From assembly GCF_000018305.1 (NCBI RefSeq), contig NC_009954.1:1-32000 (forward strand): a stretch of DNA of 32,000 nt, given 5' to 3'. The stretch's first letter is position 1. Each line of letters starts with the position of its first letter. Positions 15,986 through 25,528 of the stretch are shown piece after piece. The position numbers and the translations under genes were made by a program. Below the pieces are notes generated by a model. That model was not told the DNA's origin. It did no database searches and saw only the letters and a program-made list of their open reading frames with translations. This stretch comes from Caldivirga maquilingensis IC-167 (lineage in GTDB: Archaea > Thermoproteota > Thermoprotei > Thermoproteales > Thermocladiaceae).

Positions 15986-17809
15986 TTAATCCGTGAGTTC
16001 AATTACCTTGCTTAACTCACCCTCAATGAAGCCTAAGCCAAGTCTCCTCAGTGTGCTTCTCCTGGGAATACCCCTCTCATCCCATCCCCTAGCCTCATAG
16101 TACCAGTTCAGCATCTGCTGGTATGCGTTATAATCCAGTTTAGCCCCCTTGAGTGGGCCCTTGGTTAATGGGTCCTTAAACCACCTAATGGGTGGTGTAT
16201 CGTAGTCCCTTGACCAACCCCCATACTCCCTAATCCAGAAGGCCCTAATGAGCGTGTAAACCCTATTAGCAACCCCCTCTAGGTCTAGGTCCATGCCTGT
16301 TGCCGCCTTATACATTCTCCAGTACCAGTCCAGTTCAAGGCCTATTTCAACCCACGGTAGCCTGCACCCAACCATAACCTCAAACCAACCTCCCCTAATG
16401 TTCTGTAGTTCAATAACCTTAAGCACCTTATCCCTACTGTAGGCGAACCTATTGGTTTGAACCTCCCATGAAATAACCCACGCATCCTTATGGTGAGCAC
16501 CAATTGGGCTTGTGGCGAAGGCTAAGGCCATGCCTGGTGCCGCGTGGCAATCGTAGGCGCTTACCTCAAGACCCTTAACATGCATTGCGAATCCCCCTGA
16601 CCCACCGCCGATTCTACTTGAGGCACCCTTAACCCCAAGTCCAAGCAACCTACCTAATTCACTCCCCTGGTGGGCTATGTCTAAGGTAACCTCAGCAGCC
16701 CTCTTGTAATCACCCCACTCTAAGCCATCCTTAATAAGCCCCCTCTCAGTGGCCTCCATGGCCCAGCCTAACGCGGAGCCTAGGCTTATCGTATCCATAC
16801 CCATCATGTCCGCTAACCTATTCAGGTAGGCGACCTCCTGTAGGTTTCCTACGCCTATGTTACTGCCCAGCATTGCAATGTTCTCGTAGTCTAATTCCGA
16901 TAACTGATCCTCAGCATCCTTAACCACGTGGCCACAGGGCATTACGCAGTTTGGGCATGATCTAGTGGTTACGTTATTCTTCTCAACCATGACGCCGCCT
17001 ATCCTATCATAGTAATCAAACTGCCCCTCCCTATAGTTAAACGCCGGGAGTACGCTTGCCTCCTGGGCCCACTCCACCGTGGCCGTTGTCCCTTGCTTAA
17101 GCCAGAAGCCGTAATTCTGCTTAGCCTTAGCCGCTAAGTCGGCATCAACCCCAATTCTACTTAATGCTGGGTCGGCGGGCTGGGGGAGTGGTTTAGTGCC
17201 CCTTATTACAATGGCCTTAAGCCTCTTACTACCCATAACAGCCCCCATGCCTGGCCTACCCCCACTCCTACCCCTCTGGGCAATCACGGTGGCGAATCTA
17301 ACCATGTTTTCACCAGCCGGTCCAATAATCAACATGCCTACGTTGGAGCCGTGAATCCTCCTTAACTTATCCTCGGTGGTGAACGTGTCTAATCCCCATA
17401 GGTCATCAGCCGGCATTAAATCAACCTTATCATTATCCATGTAAATGTAGACTGGTTTACTTGAAGCACCCTCAATAATCATTGCGTCGAAGCCAGCCTT
17501 CCTAAGGTGCACCGAGGCCCAGCTACCAATATTACCGTCACCGTAACCCCCAGTTAACGGGCTCTTAGCAGCAATCACCAGTTTACCCGTATTTGGACCT
17601 GGGTAACCTGTTAATGGGCCGGTTGCAATTATTAACTTGTTTAATGGGCTAAGTGGATCAACACCCCTCGGTAACTCATCCCAAAGCAGCTTAATGGCTA
17701 ACCCCCTACCGCCTATGTAATTCATGAGGATTAATGGATCAATATCCTGTATCCAGTACTTGCCTAGGCTTAAGTTAACCCTAATTAACCTACCTGTCCA
17801 ACCCCTCAT
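15986..17809 (-). CDS. aor: Tungsten-containing aldehyde:ferredoxin oxidoreductase (AOR family)
   Basis: The N-terminus MRGWTGRLIRVNLSLGKYWIQDI...YIGGRGLAIKLLWDE is the canonical AOR N-domain. The [4Fe-4S] ligand motif is CPNCVMPC (C-x2-C-x3-C) plus a later Cys (VGCRLPW). At 607 aa the length fits. True ATG at 17807-17809. Confidence 0.9.
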   Translation of the reverse strand: MRGWTGRLIRVNLSLGKYWIQDIDPLILMNYIGGRGLAIKLLWDELPRGVDPLSPLNKLIIATGPLTGYPGPNTGKLVIAAKSPLTGGYGDGNIGSWASVHLRKAGFDAMIIEGASSKPVYIYMDNDKVDLMPADDLWGLDTFTTEDKLRRIHGSNVGMLIIGPAGENMVRFATVIAQRGRSGGRPGMGAVMGSKRLKAIVIRGTKPLPQPADPALSRIGVDADLAAKAKQNYGFWLKQGTTATVEWAQEASVLPAFNYREGQFDYYDRIGGVMVEKNNVTTRSCPNCVMPCGHVVKDAEDQLSELDYENIAMLGSNIGVGNLQEVAYLNRLADMMGMDTISLGSALGWAMEATERGLIKDGLEWGDYKRAAEVTLDIAHQGSELGRLLGLGVKGASSRIGGGSGGFAMHVKGLEVSAYDCHAAPGMALAFATSPIGAHHKDAWVISWEVQTNRFAYSRDKVLKVIELQNIRGGWFEVMVGCRLPWVEIGLELDWYWRMYKAATGMDLDLEGVANRVYTLIRAFWIREYGGWSRDYDTPPIRWFKDPLTKGPLKGAKLDYNAYQQMLNWYYEARGWDERGIPRRSTLRRLGLGFIEGELSKVIELTD

Positions 17810-17831
17810 TATGAGGTAAACAATACTTCAG

Positions 17832-17877
17832 TATAAATTACTTCTGCTCAAGCAATCTAGGTGAATTAATATTAAAC
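17832..17877. promoter_or_regulatory. Back-to-back divergent promoters: TTTATA (minus, 17832-17839) for aor and TTAATATTAAA (plus, 17867-17877) for the antiporter
   Basis: Each A/T box lies 22-32 nt from its own ATG (17809 and 17899) within an 89-nt divergent spacer. Confidence 0.5.
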
Positions 17878-17898
17878 CCTCGCTTAATTTTGAATCCC

Positions 17899-19425
17899 AT
17901 GAATGAGCTTATTGCATCATTACTGTACGTTGGTTTAATGCTTATTCTAGCTAAGCTACTTGAGGAGGCTTTCCTGAAGATTAAACTAGTGCCATTCGTG
18001 GGCGCTATAATTGTAGGGGTGATGCTGGGTGATGGCGTGTTAGGGCTTGTTAACGTGAACATGGTGATTCAATTCATATCCTCCTTAGGCATAATCCTAC
18101 TATTATTCCTATCCGGTGCAGAGGAGTTTGAGTTTAGAAGTAAATTAAGCCTAAGCATCACAGCCGCTGCGGCTATTGAATTAGCTTTACCATTCTTATT
18201 AACCTACGTATCAGTGGCATTAATGAATCTGAGACTTGAGCCATTACTCATAATACCACTTATAATGACTAGTGTTGGGCCATTGGCTAGGCTACTCATG
18301 GATATGGGTATAACGAGGACTAGTCTAGGTAATTCACTATTTCAACAGGGGGTATTGGTTGAAATAGCCTCAGTGGTGCTTTTCGCCGTTTTACTAACTC
18401 TTCAGTTAGGGGGATCACTGGTAACATTACTTAGTATTATTCTCCTAATAGCCTTAGTTTTCATAATGGGGCCTTGGGTGTCTAAACTCCTTGAGAGGGT
18501 TGAAGGCTACATTAAGGTTAGGGAGATTGAGTTCGCGGCTGTTATTTCCCTAATACTCATTATGGCGTTTCTAGCTGAGTTAGTTAACTTTAACTCAGCC
18601 ATAATGGCCCTCTTCCTGGGTATACTGCTGAAGCGTTACCTTAATGATAGACCTGAATTACTTGAGAAGCTGCACGGCTTCACCTACGGGTTCTTTGAAC
18701 CCTTATTCTTCGTTAGTATTGGCCTATACTTCACTAAGGTTAACTTAGGCATCTTGGCATTGGGCTTCTCACTGGCGTTAATACTACTTGCATCAAAGAT
18801 CCTTGCAGGAGCCTTATCAGCCATGGTGCTTAAGGTTAAGCCCTTGATTAATGGCTTAGGCACATCAACTAAGGGTGGGGTTGATGCATCACTACTGGTA
18901 ACCCTGCTGACAATGGGTTTAATACCTAAGGTAACCTACTCCTACCTTGCATTAGCCATAATAGTTAACTCACTGGCTGCACCATTATTCTTCAGACTCA
19001 TTACTAGGCCGGTGATTCAAGTTAACAATAACATTAGGGTTAAACTCAATAGTAGAATAATGAGTATTAGTGACCAGGTGAAGCCATTAACAGCATCATG
19101 CGGTGAAAGCCTTAAGGTTATTATTAATAGGATTAATGAGAGGGGTGTTAGGGCTATTGCAATTGTTGATAATGATAATAAGCCATTAGGGTACTTATCG
19201 GTGCAGCAGTTGCTTGACGTGGATCCAGCACTTTATGAAACCACGCTTGCCTGTGACTTACCGTTGAATGAATTAGTAACCATTGATAGTAATGCTAAGG
19301 TAATAGATGTTTTAAGGAGGTTTAGGGAAACTGAGGCGCCTCTAATTGCTGTGGTTGATGATTCTAATAGGCTAATTGCGACAATTTACGAGAGGGAATT
19401 ACTGAGACTATTAACGGTGGTTTAA
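17899..19425 (+). CDS. CPA2-type monovalent cation:H+ antiporter (Na+/H+ exchanger family) fused to a C-terminal CBS-domain pair
   Basis: About 12 hydrophobic helices. The N-terminus LLYVGLMLILAKLLEEAFLKIKLVPFVGAIIVGVMLGDGVLGL is typical of Kef/NapA-like exchangers. The C-terminal ~120 aa (nt ~19060-19422) shows two CBS-like units (VRAIAIVDNDNKPLGYLSVQQLL and APLIAVVDDSNRLIATIYERELL). The ORF-track start at 17890 is TTG, so I use the ATG at 17899. Confidence 0.8.
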   Translation: MNELIASLLYVGLMLILAKLLEEAFLKIKLVPFVGAIIVGVMLGDGVLGLVNVNMVIQFISSLGIILLLFLSGAEEFEFRSKLSLSITAAAAIELALPFLLTYVSVALMNLRLEPLLIIPLIMTSVGPLARLLMDMGITRTSLGNSLFQQGVLVEIASVVLFAVLLTLQLGGSLVTLLSIILLIALVFIMGPWVSKLLERVEGYIKVREIEFAAVISLILIMAFLAELVNFNSAIMALFLGILLKRYLNDRPELLEKLHGFTYGFFEPLFFVSIGLYFTKVNLGILALGFSLALILLASKILAGALSAMVLKVKPLINGLGTSTKGGVDASLLVTLLTMGLIPKVTYSYLALAIIVNSLAAPLFFRLITRPVIQVNNNIRVKLNSRIMSISDQVKPLTASCGESLKVIINRINERGVRAIAIVDNDNKPLGYLSVQQLLDVDPALYETTLACDLPLNELVTIDSNAKVIDVLRRFRETEAPLIAVVDDSNRLIATIYERELLRLLTVV

Positions 19426-19491
19426 TGCGTAGGGATTAAGATAACGTAGTGAGGGAAGAAGAGGGAATTAAATCTAAGCCGGAGTTAACTG

Positions 19492-19496
19492 TTTTT
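19492..19496 (+). terminator. Oligo-T tract (T5), candidate archaeal terminator for the antiporter gene
   Basis: The only T-run in the 73-nt convergent gap, about 65 nt after the antiporter stop codon. Confidence 0.3.
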
Positions 19497-19498
19497 AA

Positions 19499-21175
19499 TT
19501 AATCACTACTGGTTCCGCCTTCCTCACCGGTCTTTGACTCCTCACCGGCCTTACCCTTACCTGTGGATGACTTTGTCTGGCCGGCTGCTATTATGTCATC
19601 TATCCTAAGCACCATTATCGCTGCCTCAGTGGCGCTTCTCAGTACCTGCATCTTAACTATTAATGGGTCCCATATGTTTAATTCACTCATCCTTGTTATC
19701 CTGCCTCCAAGCACATCCACACCGGCGTCAAGCTCACCCTTATCATGCCTACTCCTTAATTCAGCTATTGCATCCACTGGGTCTAGGCCCGCGGTTAGGG
19801 CTAGTATTTCAGGAACCTTCTCCACGGCCTCGGCGTACCTCATTACCGCTAACTGCTCCTTACCTGGAAGCTTCCTACCCCACTCCCTAAGCCTCCTAGC
19901 AACCTCAATCTCAAATGCCCCACCGCCTGGGACTATTCTCGGATCCCTGAATAGGTCCCTTGTGACGTGTAGTGCATCGTTTATCGACCTCTCAGCCTCA
20001 TCAAGCACCCTGTCCGCGGCACCCCTAATGAGTATTGTGACTGCCCTTGGGTTGGGGCATTGCTCAACGAACACCATCTTCTCCTCACCAACCTTCCTCT
20101 CCTCAACTAACCCAGCTGTACCGAGGTCCTCGGGCTTAAGATCCTTAATACTGGTGGCTATCCTAGCCCCAGTTGCCTTAGCCAGCTTCTCAATGTCACT
20201 CCTCTTAACCCTCCTAACAGCCATAATACCGGCCTTAGCCAGGAAGTGTTGAGCAGTCTCATCAATACCCTTCTGCGTAATAACTACGTTGGCCCCTATC
20301 TCCTTAAGCTTATCAACGTAACCCTTAAGTATGTTAGCCTCCTCCTCAAGGTAGGCCTTAATCTGCTGCGGTGATGAAACCGATATCTTAGTGGTCCACT
20401 CAGGCTTCTCAATCTCAAGTGGCGCATCTAAGACAGCTATCTTAGCCTTCTCAATCCTCTTAGGCATCCCTGGGTGAACAACCTCCTTATCCAGTACAAT
20501 ACCCTGGATGAATTGAGTCTCGTATAGGCTCTGGCCCTTCTTCTTCTCAACCTTAACCCAATCTAAATCCAGGTTGTACTTACCGTTGGTTTGCTCAGCG
20601 GCAATGTAGGAGGCGTCAACAACTATCTTGGCTAAGTAATCCCTAGCCTCAGCAACAACCTTACTGCTCAGTGAGTTGGCAACAATCTTAGCAACCTCAT
20701 CCCTATTACTTAAGTTAACAGGGTATATTAGGTTCGGTACCTCGGTTATGGTTGAGTTTATGAAGTCTAACGCCTTCTTAAATCCGTCAATTATTATAGT
20801 TGGGTGAATACCCTCATCCAGCAGTATCTCAGCCTGCTCAAGGAGCTTACCCGCCAGTACAACCACGGTTGTTGTACCGTCACCAACCTCAGCGTCCTGT
20901 GCCTTAGCCACCTCAACAAGTAGCTTAGCGGCAGGGTGCTGGACCTCCATTTCCTTGAGTATTGTTGCACCATCACCGGTTATTGTCACGTCACCGAAGG
21001 CGTCAATGAGTAACTTATCCATTCCCCTGGGTCCAAGGCTTGTTTGAAGAACCTCTGTTATAACCTTAGCAGCCATTATGTTACTCCTCCTGGCATCCGC
21101 ACCAGTTGTCCTTGAACTACCCTCCTTAAGTATGGCTACTGGAACACCACTCTTAGGTTGTTGAGCTGTTGACAT
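19499..21175 (-). CDS. Thermosome subunit (group II chaperonin, Cpn60/TCP-1 family)
   Basis: Motifs [23 protein letters not shown] and [10 protein letters not shown], with a charged flexible C-tail. Two in-frame ATGs exist at 21181 and 21175. The TTTATATA box at 21198-21205 is 23-30 nt from 21175, so that start is preferred. The subunit type cannot be assigned. Confidence 0.92.
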   Translation of the reverse strand: MSTAQQPKSGVPVAILKEGSSRTTGADARRSNIMAAKVITEVLQTSLGPRGMDKLLIDAFGDVTITGDGATILKEMEVQHPAAKLLVEVAKAQDAEVGDGTTTVVVLAGKLLEQAEILLDEGIHPTIIIDGFKKALDFINSTITEVPNLIYPVNLSNRDEVAKIVANSLSSKVVAEARDYLAKIVVDASYIAAEQTNGKYNLDLDWVKVEKKKGQSLYETQFIQGIVLDKEVVHPGMPKRIEKAKIAVLDAPLEIEKPEWTTKISVSSPQQIKAYLEEEANILKGYVDKLKEIGANVVITQKGIDETAQHFLAKAGIMAVRRVKRSDIEKLAKATGARIATSIKDLKPEDLGTAGLVEERKVGEEKMVFVEQCPNPRAVTILIRGAADRVLDEAERSINDALHVTRDLFRDPRIVPGGGAFEIEVARRLREWGRKLPGKEQLAVMRYAEAVEKVPEILALTAGLDPVDAIAELRSRHDKGELDAGVDVLGGRITRMSELNIWDPLIVKMQVLRSATEAAIMVLRIDDIIAAGQTKSSTGKGKAGEESKTGEEGGTSSD

Positions 21176-21261
21176 ATGCATCCCCAGAAGCCGCTTCTAT
21201 ATAAACCTTTCCCTAAGTAACCATAGAAACCTAGGACACTGGAATAAACAGTATTGAGTGC

Positions 21262-22281
21262 TTAAATAAGCCTCATAGCCCTCATAGTCTCTAAGGTCAA
21301 TATCGTTATACCCGCAGCACCCCTAACCAGGTTATCGCCTAAGGCAACCATCCTAACAACGTTACCTGAGGCCATTAACCTACCCACAGTGACGGCCATG
21401 TGATCCAGATCCCTAGCCGGCTGGGGGGCGTCAGGCCTATCGGATACTATTATCGGCCTGGGTGGTGCAGTGGGTAGGTTAGCCTCCTGGGGTAGTGACT
21501 TGAAGCCTGTTAACTCACGTTTAACATCATCAACACTGTACTCCTTATCCATAACCATGAATATTGAGGCCATGTGACCATACTTAACCGGGACCCTTAT
21601 TGAGGTAACCCTAACGGGTCTACCCCATGGTTCATACTTACCCTTACCCATAATACCCAGCATCTTATTTGACTCAGCAGCTATCTTATCCTCCTCACCC
21701 TTAATGAATGGTATTACATTACCCTCAATGGCTAGGTACGATAAACCCATGTAACCAGCCCCTGAAACAGCTTGAAGCGTAGTAACGTATAATTCCTTAA
21801 TATGCTCCGCCAATGGCTTTATCGCCAGGGTAATTATGGCTGATGTGCAGTTAGGGTTCTTCACGAGCCAAGATCCCTTGGATTCCCTTAAAACCTCAAG
21901 ATGCTGCCAATTCACCTCAGGGTTTATTAAGGGTACATTAGGGTCCATTCTCCTTGGGGAGGCATTAGATATTACGTTTAAACCAGCCTCAAGTAGCTTA
22001 GCCTCAACGGGTTCAGCAACATCATTAGGTAACGCTGATAAAACAACATCAACGTTCCTTTGATCCACAGGGTCAGTTGAGGTTAATTTAATTCCCCTCG
22101 CGTACTCAGGGACGTCGCCCTCTATGAACCACTTAACAACATCACCATACCTCTGCCCAACCTTACCCGGTGAGGCTGATAGGGCGGTCACTTCAATGTA
22201 TGGGTGATTCTCAAGTAGCTTAACCATCCACTGCCCCACTAGGCCCGTTGCCCCAAGTATTGAAACCCTCACCTTATCCAT
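21262..22281 (-). CDS. asd: Aspartate-semialdehyde dehydrogenase
   Basis: NADP-binding motif VSILGATGLVGQ and active-site NPNCTSAIITLA. The gene lies directly downstream of, and overlaps, the aspartate kinase gene. The ORF-track start at 22293 is GTG; the ATG at 22279-22281 gives MDKVRVSILG. Confidence 0.85.
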   Translation of the reverse strand: MDKVRVSILGATGLVGQWMVKLLENHPYIEVTALSASPGKVGQRYGDVVKWFIEGDVPEYARGIKLTSTDPVDQRNVDVVLSALPNDVAEPVEAKLLEAGLNVISNASPRRMDPNVPLINPEVNWQHLEVLRESKGSWLVKNPNCTSAIITLAIKPLAEHIKELYVTTLQAVSGAGYMGLSYLAIEGNVIPFIKGEEDKIAAESNKMLGIMGKGKYEPWGRPVRVTSIRVPVKYGHMASIFMVMDKEYSVDDVKRELTGFKSLPQEANLPTAPPRPIIVSDRPDAPQPARDLDHMAVTVGRLMASGNVVRMVALGDNLVRGAAGITILTLETMRAMRLI

Positions 22282-23402
22282 GACACCACCCACTTGTGCA
22301 GGTCCTTAGCCAACTTAACCGCTTCATCCTGATCCTTAACTATTGATGAGACTGCGTTACCCTCAGTATCATTTACCACGTCCACTGGGTCGTAACTACT
22401 CATGATTAAGTAAACCTCCCTCCTATATTCATCAAGCCCCATTACACAGCCTACAACCGTTACGGCGTACCCACTCTTGAGGTTGATTAAGCCTATTGAA
22501 CCTACATCAGATACTGAGACTAATTTAGGCGTGTTAACGCACCTTGATATTATTGATGTACCGCTACTTGACCATGGGTTAGTCACCATGACGTTAACGT
22601 TACTATCTATTAACGGCTTAAATGTACCTGGGTGGAATTTCTTAGCGCCGGTTAATGATGCTACGTAGGCCTCCTCATGGGTTAGGCTTGGTATCACCTT
22701 AGCATCACCTATTATCCTAGGATCCCCAGTCATTATACCCTCAACGTCAGTGTAGAAGATTAACCTTGGGGCATTAATGTAAGCTGCTATTAATGAGGCA
22801 GTGTAATCACTACCACCCCTACCCAGTGATGTTAACCTACCGTTTAGGCTGATTCCCAGGAAACCTGGAACAACCACAATACTCCTCCTGGATAATGCCC
22901 AGGTTAACCTATGCTTAACGTAATGGGAGCTAACACCCAGCACTGATGCCTTCCCCCAATCCTCATTAGTTGTTATTCCTGGGTCATACACTGCACCTGC
23001 ATCGACACCAAGCTCATTATAGAGTATTGACTCAATCAACATCACTGAGAGTAATTCACCGTGAACAACAACATTATCCCTAACCCACGGTTCCCTAACG
23101 TTAATTAAAGTCTCCAGTCTCTCACCCACACCCTCAATTAATGAACCCAGTTTACTTAAGCCGAACCTATATGCTTCATTTAAGTAAGGTTGAATCGCAT
23201 CCTTTATTAAATGAGGCTTACCTTCATCATAAGCCTTAATTAAGAGGTCGGTGACACCCTTCATTGCAGATACAACGAGGATTAACTTACCATCATCAAC
23301 CATGTGCCTCTCAATGACCTTACTTAAAACCTTCTCAACGTCACCTGGCTTAAGTAGGGAGCCACCCACCTTAGCCACGGTGACGTTTAATGTCCTTGGC
23401 AT
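22269..23402 (-). CDS. Aspartate kinase (amino-acid kinase family), short form
   Basis: Motifs VAKVGGSLL, VVSAMKGVTDLL and GRGGSDYTASLIAAY. The ORF-track start at 23423 is GTG. The ATG at 23400-23402 (MPRTLNV...) lies 25-32 nt downstream of the ATATATAG box at 23427-23434. The TGA stop at 22269-22271 overlaps the asd ATG region by 13 nt. Confidence 0.85.
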   Translation of the reverse strand: MPRTLNVTVAKVGGSLLKPGDVEKVLSKVIERHMVDDGKLILVVSAMKGVTDLLIKAYDEGKPHLIKDAIQPYLNEAYRFGLSKLGSLIEGVGERLETLINVREPWVRDNVVVHGELLSVMLIESILYNELGVDAGAVYDPGITTNEDWGKASVLGVSSHYVKHRLTWALSRRSIVVVPGFLGISLNGRLTSLGRGGSDYTASLIAAYINAPRLIFYTDVEGIMTGDPRIIGDAKVIPSLTHEEAYVASLTGAKKFHPGTFKPLIDSNVNVMVTNPWSSSGTSIISRCVNTPKLVSVSDVGSIGLINLKSGYAVTVVGCVMGLDEYRREVYLIMSSYDPVDVVNDTEGNAVSSIVKDQDEAVKLAKDLHKWVVSWIR

Positions 23403-23707
23403 GTTTCCCGCATTTCCCACCACATCATATATAGCCCCATATTAGCCCTCTTTTAAACATTACCCCCCTAATTAAACTATATTCTATCACCTTAGTGATT
23501 ATTTACTTAACCCATACGCTAGGTATTGCATTAGCCACAGTTACTAAACTATTCATGGGTTAATGCCTTTAACTATGACAAAGAGCACTGAATCCGCATA
23601 ATAATTAAGCACCCTTGAAGCACCTGGTTATGAATTAGCCCTAGAGGAATTGCAACTAGGCCATTGGGACTGGAGTATGTTGGAATCAGGGATTGAGGTG
23701 AGGGTTA

Positions 23708-24331
23708 CTACTGTGAATCCTCCGCCTTGGCTTCACTCTTAGCGTACTTCTCCATGATCTTTGATTTAACCTCCTCAATGTGCTTGCTTATGTTTTCAGG
23801 TTCAAGACCCCTTGCAAGGTACTTGGAGAACCTTATTTTATAGAGTTCCGGGTTGGATTGCTTTAAGTCTGCGGCGTATTGGGCGATATGCTCCCCATTT
23901 AACCTATCCTCACTTGGTTGGACTTCCTCATCATGAGGCACCTCTAATCCAGCATCCACGGCGCCCTTAACCACTGCGAATAATCTACCACCCTTAGTGA
24001 CCCTATGTAGCCCAACGTCCAGTACAGCTAACTTAATGCCCTTTGATAACGCCCTATACCCAATGAGTAAACCCACTAAGTACGCTGCAGGTGTATTCCC
24101 GGTTCCACCAAGCCAACCAAACTTCTTAACCAACTCCCTACTGCTTGCCTCAGCCACCGTGAAGTCGCCCTGTGGTGCTGATACTATTACCTGAGCCAGC
24201 ACGTAGCGGTTACTGAATCTTACAACTAGCCTTGGTTTACCGCTTATTACCATGATCCTCCTCTTATAGTAATCAGTCTTACCCTCCCTCCTCCTCCTGA
24301 ACTTAACCTTATACCTACCGCTGCTTGCCAT
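23708..24331 (-). CDS. rpl18: 50S ribosomal protein L18 (uL18; L18P/L5e)
   Basis: The N-terminus [21 protein letters not shown]...[15 protein letters not shown] is typical of archaeal L18. Its ATG overlaps the rpl19e stop (TAATG at 24331). Confidence 0.9.
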   Translation of the reverse strand: MASSGRYKVKFRRRREGKTDYYKRRIMVISGKPRLVVRFSNRYVLAQVIVSAPQGDFTVAEASSRELVKKFGWLGGTGNTPAAYLVGLLIGYRALSKGIKLAVLDVGLHRVTKGGRLFAVVKGAVDAGLEVPHDEEVQPSEDRLNGEHIAQYAADLKQSNPELYKIRFSKYLARGLEPENISKHIEEVKSKIMEKYAKSEAKAEDSQ

Positions 24332-24807
24332 TAGGAACCACCCTTGAAGGCTGCCTTAATCTTATCCTCAGTGACGATTCCATTCTGAATCATGTATGTT
24401 CTCAAGTGAGCCAGTGACTCGAAGTAGCCTCCCTTAGCCATCCTGTATAGGTTCCTCCAAGTGGCCTTATCAATAACACCCCTATGCTTCAGTGTGTTTA
24501 GGAATCTCCTAATCCTCCTAATCCTAGGTACCCAAACCTCCTTACCAACAGCACCCCTAGCCTTCCTAGTACCCCTTCTACTTCCCCTACCCCTCCTTCT
24601 ACCGCTCTTCCTCTTCTCATGGGTAATCCTCCACCTACCCCTACTATTACGCTTCCTTGGTTTAACCTCAATTAACCCCTCCTTCATTAGGCTTCTCACA
24701 TCATTCCTAGTTATAGCCTCCTCAAGCTGCTCAAGGGCTTCCTGCTTAATCACAATCCTTGACTTGGGGACGTTAAGTAATCTAGCCACTGTTTCCCTTA
24801 AATCCAC
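24331..24807 (-). CDS. rpl19e: 50S ribosomal protein L19e (eL19)
   Basis: L19e-like sequence [51 protein letters not shown] with an Arg/Lys-rich middle. The GTG start at 24805-24807 lies 1 nt after the rpl32e stop and is preceded by GGAGGTGA. Confidence 0.9.
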   Translation of the reverse strand: MDLRETVARLLNVPKSRIVIKQEALEQLEEAITRNDVRSLMKEGLIEVKPRKRNSRGRWRITHEKRKSGRRRGRGSRRGTRKARGAVGKEVWVPRIRRIRRFLNTLKHRGVIDKATWRNLYRMAKGGYFESLAHLRTYMIQNGIVTEDKIKAAFKGGS

Positions 24808-24808
24808 T

Positions 24809-25402
24809 TCAGGTCACCTCCCTTATGGCTTCCCTAGTCCTCTTATCAACGTTAAGCACCTTAATACCCCTCCTAACAGCCTCCCTAATTATCTCAATCC
24901 TCTTCCTAACACCCACAGTGGACGCTATCCTAATGGCCTGGGTCTCGGGGTTGACCCTAGATAACTCCTCGGGGTTATGTACAATGACCTCAATGAAACC
25001 ACTTGGGTGAATCCCCCTAACACCCCTAGGTCCCCTGTAGCCTACGTTAACCATGGGTGGGTAACCCTTCCTCTTCATCCTAATCTTATTATCAATACCC
25101 TTAGGCCTCCTCCATGGTGAGTCCTCAAGCCTAATCTTATGCTCCTTATTATAATACCTAATGAAGCCGTACCTCTCCCTACGCATTCTTATGGATAATT
25201 TAAGTAACTTAACCACATCAACCGGTATGTTAGGTTTCCTGGAATTAACCTTAATTAACTCATCGAGTAAAGTAGGCCTCCTCTCCTCAACCTTAGCCTC
25301 AGCCTCACTGGGCTTAGCCTCAACCTGCTGCCCACCAGCACCCTCCTGAACCTGCTGAGTCTCCTCAGGCTTAGCCTCAGTGGCCTGACCTTCACCGCTC
25401 AA
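24809..25402 (-). CDS. rpl32e: 50S ribosomal protein L32e (eL32) with an acidic low-complexity N-terminal extension
   Basis: The core RYGFIRYYNKEHKIRLEDSPWRRPKGIDNKIRMKRKGYPPMVNVGYRGPRGVRGIHPSGF is L32e. The first codon of the ORF is TTG (25400-25402) and the first in-frame ATG is inside the conserved core, so a non-ATG start is required. The exact start is uncertain. Confidence 0.8.
   Translation of the reverse strand: MSGEGQATEAKPEETQQVQEGAGGQQVEAKPSEAEAKVEERRPTLLDELIKVNSRKPNIPVDVVKLLKLSIRMRRERYGFIRYYNKEHKIRLEDSPWRRPKGIDNKIRMKRKGYPPMVNVGYRGPRGVRGIHPSGFIEVIVHNPEELSRVNPETQAIRIASTVGVRKRIEIIREAVRRGIKVLNVDKRTREAIREVT
24814..24821 (-). promoter_or_regulatory. Shine-Dalgarno-like GGAGGTGA for the operon-internal rpl19e GTG start
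   Basis: The plus strand reads tcacctcc at 24814-24821, 6 nt upstream of the GTG at 24807, inside the 3' end of rpl32e. Operon-internal genes in crenarchaea commonly retain SD sites while first genes are leaderless. Confidence 0.55.
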
Positions 25403-25528
25403 AGTTGATCAGAGGCACGTTTATACCGGGTTTTTAAGCCTTAAGTATAGTGCGTTTATTCACTGGTCCACTTAATTAATTTACCGCCTCATGGAAAATT
25501 TTATTAAGTTACTGATAATGGGTTCACC

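Noticed and set aside
17838-18062. 74-aa minus-strand ORF spanning the aor/antiporter divergent promoter and the antiporter start
   Set aside because: It overlaps the well-supported antiporter CDS and the promoter region, and it has S/T/P-rich shadow composition.
19563-20252. 229-aa plus-strand ORF (plus 19663..19890 and the minus-strand 20794..20976) within the thermosome gene
   Set aside because: The thermosome frame carries unmistakable chaperonin motifs. The antisense product is low-complexity (rich in S, L, A and T). Long antisense ORFs are a common artefact opposite highly expressed, codon-biased genes.
21836-23445. Short plus-strand ORFs antisense to asd and ask (21836..22063, 22477..22668, 23251..23445)
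   Set aside because: They are contained in motif-bearing CDSs on the other strand and have no independent signals.
23997-25349. Plus-strand ORFs antisense to the r-protein genes (23997..24194, 24461..24964 at 167 aa, 24825..25010, 25161..25349)
   Set aside because: They are mirror images of Arg/Lys-rich r-protein codons, giving Leu/Pro/Ser-rich strings. All three minus-strand genes are confidently identified.
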